Under the pieces are notes generated by a model, which was given only the letters and a program-made list of their open reading frames with translations, made no database searches and had not been told where the DNA came from. This document shows, piece by piece, positions 1-13,620 of a stretch of DNA of 64,000 nt. Origin of the DNA: Lytechinus pictus (taxonomy: Eukaryota). Positions within the stretch are counted from its first letter, which is position 1. Each line of letters starts with the position of its first letter. A program made the translations under genes and the position numbers. The DNA lies in contig NC_087250.1 in the NCBI RefSeq assembly GCF_037042905.1, forward strand, positions 25,670,001-25,734,000, written 5' to 3'.

Positions 1-216
1 ATCCGAATACGAAATAAGGTTCGTTGTTCCGAAGGTTCGTTAATCCGAATACGAAATAAGCTTCGTTGTTCCGAAGGTTCTTTTATCTGAAAACGAAATA
101 AGACTCGTTGTTCCGAAGGTTCGTTAATCCGAAAACGAAATAAGGTTCGTTGTTCCGAAGGTTCGATAATCCGAAAACGAAATAAGGTTCGTTGTTCCGA
201 ATGTTCGTTAATCCGA
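1..216. repeat. Tandem repeat, ~42 bp unit (ATCCGAAWACGAAATAAGGTTCGTTGTTCCGAAGGTTCGTTA), about 5 copies, truncated by the window edge
   Basis: Units start at 1, 43, 85, 127, 169 and 211 and are head-to-tail with no unique spacers. Confidence 0.9.
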
Positions 217-699
217 AAAATGAAAACCGGGGAAGCAGAGGAAGGGCAAGTGTAGTGTGGGGGGGGGGGGGGACACCGTTGCTGTTTAGTTATTATGAGG
301 ATGGGAAGGCAAGGGCGGCCGAACGAATTTTCATTTGGGGGCATGCAAAGCCAAAAATGACACTCGTCGTCAAAATGGGCACTTTGGTGATATTTTCACC
401 ATGAGATCATCATGTGCGTGAAGTCATTGTGTGTTTTATAGTAATTAAGTATAGAAAAGCTTTTTTGAAGTGACTTCTAATTATGGAAAGATTTGTATTT
501 AGGCTTTACTTTTGGCGAGAGAGTATAATGAACGAGCGGTTAGAAAAACAATTTCAAAGCTGAAGTTGTAAAAGTCGTTTTGGCAATATTGCGAGGTGTT
601 GCGAGCGTTAATCACAAGCTCAAACTTTAGGGCATTTCAATAAGAAATGAAACAAAAAAATCCGAAAAGGTTTCTGCTATCATTAAAAAGATGTGCATC

Positions 700-868
700 T
701 AACCTAACTAAAAAATTTATCACGACCGCAAAGTGCGAGCTTAATATACTGACCAGAAAAGGAACCTGTTAAGGACTGCATTTATAACCTAACTAAATAA
801 TTTATCACGACCGCAAAGTGCGAGCTTAATATACTGACCAGAAAAGGAACCTGTTAAGGACTGCATTT
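700..868. repeat. Direct tandem duplication of an 85 bp unit inside an interspersed repeat
   Basis: TAACCTAACTAAA...GGACTGCATTT occurs at 700 and 785 and is nearly identical. The surrounding 390-630 also resembles 1557-1815. Confidence 0.85.
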
Positions 869-1829
869 AATGACCTCTTTATGATACATATTTCTCCAAT
901 CGAATAATACTAGTGCGCAGCGCGAGCTGAAAAATTGTAATATTCCAGCCTGAAAATTAATCTGAAATGTATATTTTAAAAAGAGTATTCATTTTGAAAA
1001 AAGGAAACTTCCCATTTTGGAAAAACAGCATTCCCCTCTTATTTCTTTTGGGGTGCAAGTGCCCCTTGTCCCCCTCACCCCCCCCCCCCCCCGGCGGATC
1101 TAACTTTCGCCAATAGGGGGAGGGGCGAACTTTTTTCACCCATATTTTCCCCGATCGGCAGCTCAAAGATGATATTTGTTTGTTTCTTTCTTTGAAACGG
1201 TAGTCCTATCAGTCAATAATTAGCTTTATTCTTATAAAATAAAGTAAATATGTAGTAATATCATAAGCCCTTTTAAATACTGCGATATGGGTTAAATATG
1301 GGTTAAATGTTTGTAATTTTCAAAACAAGATGCCTATGTAACTAGATAACACTGCGAGCAAGAAGCGTGAGCAGAAATTTTAAATATTGATAAGCTCTGA
1401 CCTGATCAAAAAGGGATATGTTAAGGACTTTTTGCAGTATAGCCATGAAGATGATACATGTTTCAACCAGGGGCGTCAGAACTTTTTTTCCTTTGCGGGC
1501 GGGGAAGCCCCAAAAAGCTGCACTTATATGCCAAAACGGGCAATGTGGTGCCACCGGATATTTTCACCACGAGATTATTATCTGTGTAAAGAAGTTGTGT
1601 GTTTTGTAGTTATTAAGTTAAGCAATTTTTGTTAAATTGATTTCTGATTGACAGAATATATTTTTAGGTTTTATCTTTCACGAGCAAGCGGTTTGGAAAA
1701 AAATTCTAATCTGAAGTTGTAAAACTCGATGTTTGGTCAATTATGGACCTAATTACTGTTAAAAGGGCATCCTTGTGAGATGTTGCGAGCGAATCACAAG
1801 CTCAAACTTTTGGAAATTTCATGTAGGCC

Positions 1830-1843
1830 TAATAATAATAATA

Positions 1844-1892
<49 letters not shown>

Positions 1893-1917
1893 TAATAATG
1901 ATAAATAATGATGATAA

Positions 1918-1966
<49 letters not shown>

Positions 1967-2003
1967 TAAGTAATGATGATAAGTAATAATAATAATAATA
2001 ATG

Positions 2004-2037
<34 letters not shown>

Positions 2038-2041
2038 TAAT
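1830..2041. repeat. (AAT)n microsatellite at the 3' tail of the adjacent SINE
   Basis: About 70 AAT/GAT units are seen directly. Confidence 0.95.
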
Positions 2042-2044
2042 ATT

Positions 2045-2302
2045 GGTATTATTTACCCAGGGAAGCCACTTCAGTTCAGAAAACTGTTATTATTACCCAG
2101 TCTTTAGCTGGGCTGCCTAGGCGCCCAAAGGAAGGCATTTAATGAATTTCTTCCTACCAGGTACCCATTCACCTCACCTGGGTTGGGTGCAGCACAATGG
2201 TGATAAATTTATTGGTGAAGGAAATTACGCCATGGCTGGGACTCGAAACTACGACCCTCTGTTTCATAGTCAGAAGACTAATCCACTGGGCCACAACGCC
2301 CC
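2045..2302 (-). mobile_element. tRNA-derived SINE
   Basis: The minus strand begins GGGGCGTTGTGGCCCAGTGG (A box) ... GTTTCGAGTCC (B box). The body contains CCAGGTGAGGTGAATGGGTACC, resembling the Meta-SINE core, and is related to the copy at 21980-22253. Confidence 0.8.
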
Positions 2303-3032
2303 ACATAAAAAGTAAACATTCCGAGCATTTTTTGTAATCATGAAAAAAAAGGATTAACATTGTTAACACTAGGCTGAACGATCAATAAAATTCTATAAAC
2401 ATTCATATTCTTTGTTACCATTTTTATTACGATTATCATTTTGATTATTATGATCATCATTATTATTATTTTTATTGTTATTACCAGCAGGAGCTCTTAT
2501 TAAAAATGTCATCCTCTCCAATACAAATCCTATTATCTGGAGGTAACTTGCACGCGACCAACACAGACTTGACAGATGAAATTCGGATCTGGAGCGTCTT
2601 TATTATTAAATGCTTGCTTCTTTGTTTCTATATTGGTTTATTAACTTGCAGCTTTATGCAAATTGGCAATGGGTGGCATTATCATTGTCAGTAACCATGG
2701 TAACGGAATATAACTGCTCTCCACAAAGGACCTGTACGCATTTTGCATTCAGTTTGATAAAAGAGAGTCCAACACAAATAAAAAACTTGTTCATAGATGA
2801 AAAAGAAAAAATCGAACAAGATTATAATTTGAACAATATCGGAAAAACAATTAGAAAGTTATAAATATTTAAATGTTGTAAGAATTAGCAATAACCATTA
2901 CCATGGATAATTCAAATTGACCGCATATGTAAGGCAACAAACTACTCTTCCATGTACTTCTAAACATGAAATGCCTAAAATATAATTTTTGTCAAAAGTT
3001 TTGCTTCGAAATAAAACAATATACGACCATGG

Positions 3033-6000
3033 TTGAAATTGAAATTGAAATTGAAAAGGTTTTATTAAATTCATTGCACTTTGCAGACAAATGGCTGAAT
3101 TGCGTACAATTTACAGGTATATATACATAGAGTATACATATTAAAAACATCAAACTTGAAATGATGAAAATATAATGTAACCTAATATATTATGTATACT
3201 AAAAGGAAAAGATGAAGTAAAAAACAAATACAAACACTGGAAGGTGGTGGTGGTGGTAGAAAGATTCTTATTGATAAACATCTTAATTCAAACAATAAAA
3301 CACTTAGTTTTAAGCAGGTAAAAACAAAAAAGAAAGACAGGAGGGTGTCTGGGGACGAGCGAGCAGTCAGGTCCAGCCAGGGATTGCCAATCACACCACA
3401 ACACCATTCAACCTGAGCAATGGAATTGGTTATTCAAATCCGTCGCTCAGCCGAACTTTGTAGGGTCAGCTTACCTGACTGGAGCTATGCATTAATAGGG
3501 CCGACAAACAATCTCTTTCAGAACAAAACACACATTCATACCACGCTCCTCATTCATCCAACAACCCAAAAGACAAACAACTGAACCCACTCACTCAGCA
3601 CCTTGCACTCATTAAGCATACGGATACAAAAAAAAAAAAAAAAAAAAATAAGTATGGGGGGGGGGTGAGTGATCGCTCGTCCCAAGAATCCGTCTTGCTC
3701 AAACCTGGAAACATTTACTTAAAATATCAAGGATCTTCCATACACATACACAAATTTTGATAAAAATTGGTGAAATTTTGGTAAAAAAGTACAAACATCG
3801 TTTCCATTTAGTTGTTACAATGCGAAATACATGGATTAAAATCATTACAAAAAACACCTGTAAACCTATTCAATTATGTTCGAGTTTAAAAAGTTATAAA
3901 AATGGTAAAATTGTAAAAAAAAAATCATCACAAGCTTTTGAGCTAATAATAATAAACAAATTGGCATCAGGCGTGATGTATTAGTATAACACAACTTGCA
4001 TAGCAGAGGTTTGTATGTATATTAACCGGATAACTGAATAACTAACTAGTCAAGATCTGAACGCCGGCAGCCGTCTTTTCGGCGGAACCCCACAGCCACC
4101 CGTCCCATACAGCGCACGCACCAAACCCGCCCAATCCTCCCACCCCTCGCTCTCTGTCACAAGAGCGAAAAATAGGAGGGCTATGCTCCCGTGAACGTAC
4201 CACATGGGACCGGTGACCGCGTGTCTCCCCATCGCCCAGCAACCAACATTCTGATCCTGACTAAGGAACAATGCAAGCTTATTTAGTAACGTTTAGTAAA
4301 TTTATAAAGTAAGGCAATGGACTGTTTAGTAAACGTTTGGTTTACAATGAAACTGACGATATTTAGGTCTTCTCATCAATGAGTAATCAACATCGTTGTT
4401 GAGAGGTAACCAATGGTTACAAAGTGGACTCTTGGCAAGGGATACAGCAAAGTTCATACACAACTGTTTTTGTCTTTCAGATAAAGATTGTAAACAACAC
4501 ACTTCTAAAACATCGGTATAATTAGTGTATTCTTCACCTAGTATTCTTGACTGAATACGTTCTAAACAGGACATTTGGTTATTTGTTAGGTTTTCGTTAA
4601 AAACTGGTACTCCAAAATCCAAAATTGGCCTAATGTAACCCTTATATACTGTTATTAAATCGCAAAGTGGTAATCGTGGTAATCTATACGTTTTGAGACA
4701 ACGAAGCATATAGAGTTTTTTTATAACTACGACGTAAAATGTCTGAAATATGACTAACCCATTTTAAGTTAGACTGAACAATTATACCTAATATTTCAGC
4801 TTTCTGCACTGTTCTCAAGCATTCATTTCCAATGAAAATACGACTTTGATCAACAACATTTTTAGAGAAAGGTATATGCATTCACTGCCATTTAGATGGA
4901 TTAAGTTTCATGTTGCTAACAGATCATTGGTGAAATTCAGATAGCGTGTTTGGTAATTTGGATGGTTGTAATTGTTTGCGCCTTCAACTAGTGTGAGTTC
5001 ATCAACATATTTAAAATATGGAACTTGAGATTTTATATATGCATCATTAATCATTATTAGAAAGAGAATAGGCCCAAGTTTTGTACCTTGATTTACACCT
5101 GCATGTGACACTGACCAATCTGAGTGTTGATATAGATTGGGATTTTTCTGCATTTTTATATAATTGGTGAAGCAATCGAACTAGGTAATGATTTGTTGAT
5201 AGCCCTTGTCGGTTTCTAAATTGGTTAACATCAATGTGTTCTGATATATTTTCTAATAACCATTTACATATGAACGACTCTGCTATTTTTGCAATTAGCT
5301 AGTCAATGATATTGGTCTTAAGTTCTGCACTGTTACTGGTAAACATTTAGGAATGGGTAAAATCTCAGAGCGTTTCCACTGACATGTTACAACAGACCGG
5401 TAAAAGGAATTGTTTAAGATGTCAGTTAGTCGTAAACATAATTCGAAGGCGAACTCACGAATGATTCTGACGGGTAGGTCATCACTAATACCAGATTTTT
5501 GTTGGTTCAAAGTTTTCAATTGTTTAAATACTTCGTAGGTTTGTACAATAGGGCAGGTTTTCTGAGATGGTAAATAAACAGGTAATTCATTTCTATTTAA
5601 ACTTTGTAGATGACTTGCCACGTTCAAGAAATGCTAAATTAATATAACTAGCAATATTTTTATGATGATTATGATCATTTGAGTCAATATTCGGAATATT
5701 AATTGGGCCATGTTTTTTTGTGAGTATTGGTTAGAATCCGAATCTGTTTGTACCATGCTGTTGGATTACTAGTTTTCAAATTTCTAATTCTGGTATTATA
5801 ATATGCAACTTTCCTTTGTCTGATTAAGCGTATCACTTTGTTTCTTAATTAACGCCACAGACTTTGGGAATTACTGAAAGCTACCTGTCTTGATGTATAA
5901 CATCTTTGACTTCCGCATTGATCCAAGGTTCATCTCTACAATGCATTCGAATCTCTTTTGTCGGAATGTGAATATCTAAGTGAGTCATCATAGTATCCAA

Positions 6001-7650
6001 TAACATTTGACATTTCAAAGATGGATCATCTTCTCTATACATTTCTTCCCAAGTAAACTTAGTTAACCAACTACCAAAAGCTTTTTTGCCACTGTCAGGA
6101 ATCGGGCGAACAATTCTTTCCTTAACTCGATTAATACGATGAGCGTTTTCTTTGGGTATCCAAAGGATACAATTATGATCACTCATGCCAATAGGGGCTA
6201 ATATTTTGGTTTCCTGGTACAATGGGTCTATAGTGGTTACAATCATATCAAGAATATTGCCCTCTCGGGTTGGTTGAGTAACAATTTGTTTAAATTTGTT
6301 ATTTTCAAGTAAGAAATCAATATCTAAATCATTGAAATCACCTATTACTAAGGTCCCAGATTCTGGGTAACGATGCAAAAGACTGTCCAGGGTGGAGAGA
6401 AGGTGGTCAACATACTGCTGCATGTTGAGGTTCCTTGGAGGGAAGTAAATCACGCAGAGTATCAGTCCGCTAATTTCCCTTGGAAGTATTTGTAGTCTCA
6501 TGCAGATCCATAAAGTTTCAACTCAGTAGGTGTAGGTACATCGATTATCCTCGCTTGAAGATGATGTTTCGCGTAGACCGCGACTCCTCCCCCTAATCGG
6601 TCTTCCCTGGGTTTTGAATATAAGCAAAACTCCGGTATTGAGAACATGTCATGGGGTTCTTCTGGACTAAACCATGTTTCCGTAATCGTTGCTCTGTCCA
6701 CCCTATATCCCTGAATGATTGTTGACAATTCGTCGATCTTATTCCTCAGTGATCTGGCGTTGAGTAGTATCGGAGGGTTGGGTCGTCGTAGCCATGGTGA
6801 CTCTGATGATGAGCAGGGTTGTCGTGTTGCATCGGTGTAATTGTAGTAAAGCATGCTGGGCGAGGTTTGCGTTGTGATGGTAAAAGGCGTGGTCGGATAA
6901 GTACAGGTATGCCTTGCCCCTGGTACGGTCTGTGACAAGATTTACGATGCTTCCTAGAACCAGCTCGTTTTCCTCGCTTGCGTAGTGGTTTTGGTGTGAT
7001 CCCGAGGTCCTTTATCACTTTCCATGTCGTTGGCGGAACAGACTTGTAGCTATTTCTTTGACGTAGGTTATATAAATCTTGAATTGAATATTTAAATAGA
7101 GAACGATTGCTGGGTTGACTGTGGTTTTGGTTTGTGGGCCCAGGATTAGGGTAGGGTGTATATCACCGCATTTGAGCAGTTCAATGTTAAATGTTGATTC
7201 ACAGTTGCTGTAGTAATGTATACTGGCACGTAAATACTTGAGATGATAAAAGTTCTTTCCTTTCTGAGAAGGAATATGAGCCTTGTAGTTTTACAATGTA
7301 ACGCTGGCTGTGCAAGTGTGATTGACTTCATGTAGCTGCTGTATTAACAGCAAGCTACTCAAGAAGAAGGCGAGTGTGAACATAATAGGTAGATTGCACC
7401 ATCAGACAAGCTATTTAGGTGGAGGAATTCCAATCAATTATTGTCTGCTTCATTACCATTTCCGAGGCTGGATGTCAAGGTTGAGTAAACAGACAAGCCT
7501 GCAATAGTCAATGTACATGATCTAATGGCTACTGTATAGAGCCAATGTAGACAGATTTACAGAATATGTGCAAAATATAAATCACATTGAAACTGGATGA
7601 AAACGTACCAAAAGTGTTCCAAAACGTCTTCAAAAGTCGCTTTGTAGTGC
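3033..7650 (-). mobile_element. Near-full-length decayed non-LTR retrotransposon (L2/CR1 group, APE + RT)
   Basis: Frameshifted minus ORFs carry RGKRAG, NARSL, ITETW, GGGVAVY, GDFND, SDHN (APE) and LRPISLTS, GVNQGTKLGPILF, KYVDE (RT). The DFSKAFD region is deleted near 5135. The 3' end has AATAAA and a (TTTCAA)n tail at 3033-3066. The 5' boundary is inferred from resumption of a host MITE near 7655. Confidence 0.9.
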
Positions 7651-8420
7651 AACAAGATGTAGTAAGTGTAATATGATATAATAAATTAAACATATGGGGA
7701 AAAAAAATCATAATAAATCTTTGTTGAAAATATAAAGCCGATATGAGGATAAAGTAAAATGTGTACAGACGAAAGTTAATGAACTTATTGAAATAACCGA
7801 TATGATGTAATACTTTTATGAATATATTAAATATGAAGTGTGCTGAGTCATTTTGAGATGGACGTCACCGGTTTCTACATAATGAGAATATTCAATTGGT
7901 GTGAAGAGAATTATGGGACAAAGATGTCCACTTCTGTCTGTCTTCATCATATCCATTGTGATATGCATCCTGACTGAGCAAGGATTCTATTACGCAATAT
8001 GAGTTTTTATTTTATTTTCTATCATGAAGGGGGGGGGGGTTACGTACACTAAGAAACTATAATGATAATGATAATAATCATGATAGTTTGCTTTTATATA
8101 AAAGCGCTTTGCAGATATCATTACCCCAGTGGGTGTTCATAAAAGTTTTCCGCACGGACTAATTTGTAGGCACTGACAATATCAGTGAGATCCTTGGTTT
8201 TAATTGGCACAGAGGCTCAGGTTCTGACTGTTGCTATGGTAATTGTCGAAGAAAGACAAATTATCAATGCTGACAACTTTCATGAAACTATTTCCGCGGA
8301 TTAAAGATCAAAACCGTCCTTCAACTAAAGGTATATTCTCCTCGTAATTGCTAGCTCAAACTTTCGTGATGCTGCCTGTAAGGCGCCAATATATCAATGA
8401 CTAAATATGTATATATTGGG

Positions 8421-10185
8421 CAGTAATCAAAATATACTATACACTTTTGAATTGGCTACCAAACAAAAATATGTCACTTTGGGGAAAAATACATATATAT
8501 ATATATGGAAAGCCAATAAAGTCAATTTTCAGAAGACACCAACAAGTTGGGAAACAATTCATGCCTGAGTGAGCACTACCCCCTTAAACAACGGGTATGG
8601 AAATTAGGCTGGGCATGAATTAACCTTTCAATTTATTTTAGTTTTTGAGATGCGAATCCCTTGGAATGTGCAAAGTTGAAGGTGTTGTGATAAATCAATG
8701 ATCAGGCATTATCAATTTAGGTTTTTAGAGCTAATTTCAAGAATTATTAAATTGAAATTTAATAAATGAGTGAACATGAAATACAATTATTAACTTTTCC
8801 ACGTGGATCTCAGCAATGTGTTAATGGAAGTCAGAATAGGGATGAGATAGGACTTAGATGGGGGATTTATGTTGATGAGATAAAGGTCAATAGAACACTT
8901 AACCCCCCCCCCCCCCTCTCTCTCTCTCTCCCTACGCCTTTCTCCCCTCCTGAGAGACTAGCCTTGGCTAGGGTGAGTAGGAATAAGCCTTCCAGTTGTT
9001 TTTTTTTAGAGGTGAATCCTTTGGAACTTGCAAGGATAAGGATGCTAAATTACTGATGAATTGAGATCAATTTTGATTTCTTAAGCAAATTTCAGTTACT
9101 AAATTGAAATGTAATGTATGAGTCAACAGGAATTGTAATTTCAGTATAGCATTTTTAGTTTATTATGTGGATTTTAGCAACTGTGCTTGTGAGAGTCAGA
9201 GTAATGTGATGGTACCTGCCGGATGCAAGAGGGTCAAATAGGGTAAGACTGGGTTAAAAGGGCATTCTACTTCTTTGTGTTCTCTTGCAAAATACAAATC
9301 ATGTCCTCACCCCGCCCTTCAACCTCTTTCTTTCTCCTGGATGGTATTGAAAACTTAAATGCCAAGTGACTGATGATTGATGGGTGATGGGTATTTCTTC
9401 TCCGTTGAATGATTATTGAAAACTTTACTTATTATGGTGACTTATGAAATAATTTCTTTAAAACATTGAATGTTTGATGATTTTTTTATTTAAAAAGATG
9501 AATGTTTGATTGGTCACATTGATTGACTTGATTTACTAACAAATTGCTAGTTGAATGATTGATAGGTAAAAGTTGATGACCTAATATTCAGAATTTATTA
9601 TCAAATTGACAATCTGCTAAGACTTAACACGTGCATGTAATAGCAATCAGTCTCGATCTTAACAGGGAGGGGGGGGGGGCTGTAGGAGGGAGGCTAAACA
9701 TTTCGTTGACCCTTTTCCCATCAACTCACTTCACACACTGAAGTCCTATCTTACCCCTATTCTCCTGACTCCAATGAACACACTGCTGAGATCAAAATTT
9801 TAAAATTAAAATGCTATACTAAATAATTCATGCTCACTCATGCATGGAATTTCAATTTGATAATTCATGAAATTTGCTCTAGCAATTTAAATTGATAATG
9901 AATGACTTTTAATATATCACAACATCCTCAAGTTTGGAAGATCCAAGGGACTCGCCTCTCAAAAACTGAAAGAAATCAGAAGGCTAATTCCTGCCCACCC
10001 TAATTTTCACACCCGTTGTTTAAGTGGGTAGTGCTCACTCAAGCATGAATAGTTTTCCAACTTTTTTGTGTCATCTGAAAGTTGACTGCTTTGGCTTTCC
10101 ATATATATAGATGTTTTCCCCCAAATTGATATATTTTTTGTTTGGTAGCCATTTCAAAAGGGTATAGTTTTTTTTAGACGCACTG
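8421..10185. mobile_element. Non-autonomous Tc1/mariner-type element with long TIRs (copy 1)
   Basis: The right end is ...GACGCACTG|TA and the left end is degraded. It has several hundred bp of inverted repeat and is colinear with 49063-50817. Confidence 0.8.
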
Positions 10186-11799
10186 TATAGGAGTATGTTG
10201 CTTTCACTTGTTTAAATCACATTTTGCAGTAAAGTATATCATTTACAGAAATTGCATGTTTGTGTATAGGGTGTAAATTTTGTTAAATGAATTTCGTGGA
10301 AAGTATTTTTTTTTCCTTTCTTTAACCACTATAAAATACTTTAGGGTATATTTTTACTTCCAGGCTAAAATTTATACTAGGGTGTCCGGAAAAACAAACC
10401 GATGTTACCAATATTTTGAGTGCTACACCCCCAGCCAACAATACGTATTTATGTTGAACATTCATTATCATACATACATATCAATAGGAGAATACGCAAC
10501 CATCATGATGACAACGAATACCTCAAAACAAATATACAATCCAGAGTAACCTTAGAGAGGAACAATTCTAACGATACATATTAACATATCCTTTATAAAT
10601 TGTTTGTAGTCTCACAGGTCAGTTTGTATCAATAAGACATAAGAGCATAATTGTCCTTCTAGATCGTAATAGTATTGGATAAAATGTTTTAACTAATTTC
10701 TTCCCTTTTTTTTGGGGGGGGGGGTCAAAGGAAAATAACTGTATAGGCGAGATTTTCTTAACAGGTGTTCGAAAAATACAAAAAAAGCAGTTCTGTATAT
10801 TGTCTACGAATGTAAAATGCCGTTTCAACCTTCATACATGAAATGAAAACTCATGTGGCCATCATGTTATCTTCAACGGGAAAATATATTAACTATACAC
10901 AATTCAAATATAAAATATGAAACAACTATTTTTGTTTGTCATTCTACGCTGTAGAAGTCGGGGCAATGGGCCTAGTGGACCGGAATAATAAGCACCGTCT
11001 TAAAAACTCGTTAGAACAAGCTTAAAAATCCGACCAACCGAATTTTTTCATACCCTTTCTAAACTCGCCATACTCTCCTCTTTTCGATATTCTACGCAAG
11101 AAAAGAGCGAACCTGGGGGGAGGTACGTCACTTGGACCCATAACCATCCACATGGGCCCAAGATAATTTGCTTAGTTATGTTTTTTGCGCAAGGCAAATG
11201 TACTTTACTAGTATTACTTTCATGACTCTGTGATGTCAATAGCTAATTAAGTTGATCTGAATACACAAAAACATATAATGATCACATCCGTATGTAATAA
11301 TAATAATTAAGACGATATCGTAGTGGAAATTGGATACAAAACATATTTCATAATAGTGTTGGTACATTTCAAATTATATGCAATAATTAATTAATTCCAT
11401 TTACATATCCAACTCTAATTCAGAAAATTGATTAAGTGTTTTTTTTTTTTTCAACGTGATATCAACGACAGCTTCAACTGATTATTTTCCTGCATTTATG
11501 TTACTTTAAATAATGTTCTTTATTGGTATACGTCTTTGTAATCCATGTACTTACCTGCCATCTGTTTGGAATGGAAACGGTGGACCTGGTCACTTTATCT
11601 ATATATATTATATCAGTGTCTTTGACCTTGAATAAAGTCATGATGAAACAACTGGTACTAATACCTCTTACATCAACTGAATTTTTAATGCGTATAGCAA
11701 TTGTTTCTAAAGATATTATAGACATGATATATAAATAGGGGCGATCAACCTTACTCGTCTCTTAATTTGAATGTATCCAGTAGATTTACCATTATTTAA

Positions 11800-12482
11800 A
11801 GCCCCCACACACCTGACCGAATGTAGGCGGACGAAGGGTGACGAATGGGAAAAATTAAACGAATTCAAATAAAATTTCCGTCAAATCATGCGATAAGTAA
11901 CTATTGTCAAATTTTATCAACGAACGGTAAGCGAAGGTTAAATTTTTAGTGCAAAGGATATCGATTTTTCGGTTCACCTCTTTGAGAAAATTGCTGCCGA
12001 AGGCGAGCGAAGGGTTAAAATAACCCAATAAGACGAACGAACAGTGAGTAATGGTTTGATATGGCGTGCGATTAGAAACGAAGACGAGGGAATAGATCGG
12101 GCAAACTTGTTCGTTGTGTCATCGTGTTGCTTCGTTGCGGGTTCTTTCGAGATCGGTCCACTTTGGCAAAAGCGCGAAGAGGGACTATGCGCGACAAAAA
12201 CGCACGAACGATAAACGAACAATTACCGAAGAATAAATAGCAGATGCGAATTTAAACAGATGAACAACGATTTTTCGATTCGTCAGGAAAGTTTAAACAT
12301 GTTAAAAAATTCCGCGCATATTTGAATAATCTCAGCTGTTAGTTCAGAAGATGTACGAACCCAAACGCGAAGGGTAAATATGATTCACTATAAGTTACCA
12401 TTGAAAACGATTTTTTTTAAAATGACTTTTGCCAGCAATCGCAAGGCACATTTCAAACAATTCGGTTAGGTGTGAGGGGCCT
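11800..12482. mobile_element. PIF/Harbinger-like MITE, copy 1 of a tandem pair
   Basis: TIRs AGCCCCCACACACCTGACCGAAT / ATTCGGTTAGGTGTGAGGGGC, preceded by TAA. Confidence 0.7.
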
Positions 12483-12524
12483 CCAAACTTTCATACAGTG
12501 CTTTAACCCACTTAAACATGTTAA

Positions 12525-13171
12525 AGCCTCTCACACCTGACCGAATGTAGGCAGACGAAGGGTGACGAATGAATTCAAATAAAATTTCCGTCAAATCATG
12601 TGATCAGTAACTATCGTCAACTTTTATCAACGAACGGTAAGCAACGGACATCGATTTTTCGGTCACATCTATGAGTAAAATGTAGCCGAAGGCAAGCGAG
12701 GGGTTGACTTAACTCAATAAGACCAACGAACAGTGAGCAATGATTTGATATGGCGTGCGATTAGAAACTGACGAAGACGATATATTAGATCGGGCGTTCT
12801 TTCGAGATCGGTCCACTTTGGCAAAAGCGCGATGAGGGACTATGAGCGACGACAACGCACGAACGATAAACATGGTAAACGAACGATTTCCGCAGACTAA
12901 ATTAGAGATGCGAATTCAAACAGGGAACCAACGACTTTTCAATTCGCCGGGAAATTTTTAACATGTTCAAAATTTCCGCGCGAATTTGAATCTGAATCGC
13001 AGCTATTAGTTCAGAAGGCGTACGAGCCGAAACACGAAGGGTAAATATGATTTACCCAAGGAGATATCATATCTCCTTGATTTACCATCAGTTACCATTG
13101 ATTTTTTTTAATGCCTTTCGCCAGCCATCGCAAGGCATATTTTAGGCAATTCGGTTAGGTGTGAGGGGGTC
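12525..13171. mobile_element. PIF/Harbinger-like MITE, copy 2 of the tandem pair
   Basis: Same TIRs as 11800-12482 and colinear with it, with small indels. Confidence 0.7.
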
Positions 13172-13484
13172 ACAGGGCCTAATAAAGGATGCAACGAAAC
13201 CAAACGAATTTAAGCATTCAAAAAATAGTCATGGCCTACCGAATGATTTTGGTCAGTTATTTCATCTAAAACATTAATTATCCTATTGACTAAAGCCTTT
13301 GAACAAATTTTGGCATCCACTTATATCAGCGATATAGGTCTAAAACTCTCCAATCGAGGTTTGTATTTTAAAGTAAAAAAATGACTCTTTGCTTTTGCCT
13401 TGCTGACAGTTTATTTTCTTGAAAAGAAAAAAAAATCAAGGAAACATGTAAGGGATCCTTTACAACGTCCCTAAAAAAAACTCG

Positions 13485-13620
13485 TATAAAATTACTTGGA
13501 AAGTCCATCAATCCCCGGAAACTTTCCACATTCATTTCCGTCAATACTTTCTTACGCTCATGTTCAGTGATGAGCCCATCACATAATTTGGCGGAAGATT
13601 CCGAGAGTCTATTTCCTCTT
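13485..13620 (+). promoter_or_regulatory. Candidate NLR promoter/enhancer with three NF-kB/Rel-like sites
   Basis: GGAAAGTCCA (13498-13507), GGAAACTTTCC (13517-13527) and GGAAGATTCC (13593-13602), plus ETS-like TTTCCG/TTTCCTC. The cluster is about 1.1 kb upstream of the ATG, with a possible 5'UTR exon donor AGT|GTAAGA near 13764. Confidence 0.45.

Noticed and set aside
1..216. CRISPR-like regular repeats
   Set aside because: The units are contiguous with no unique spacers, there are no cas genes, and the context is eukaryotic.
2230..2302. tRNA gene (also 22180-22253)
   Set aside because: A/B boxes are present but the acceptor stem is not closed, and both run into a shared SINE body and tail.
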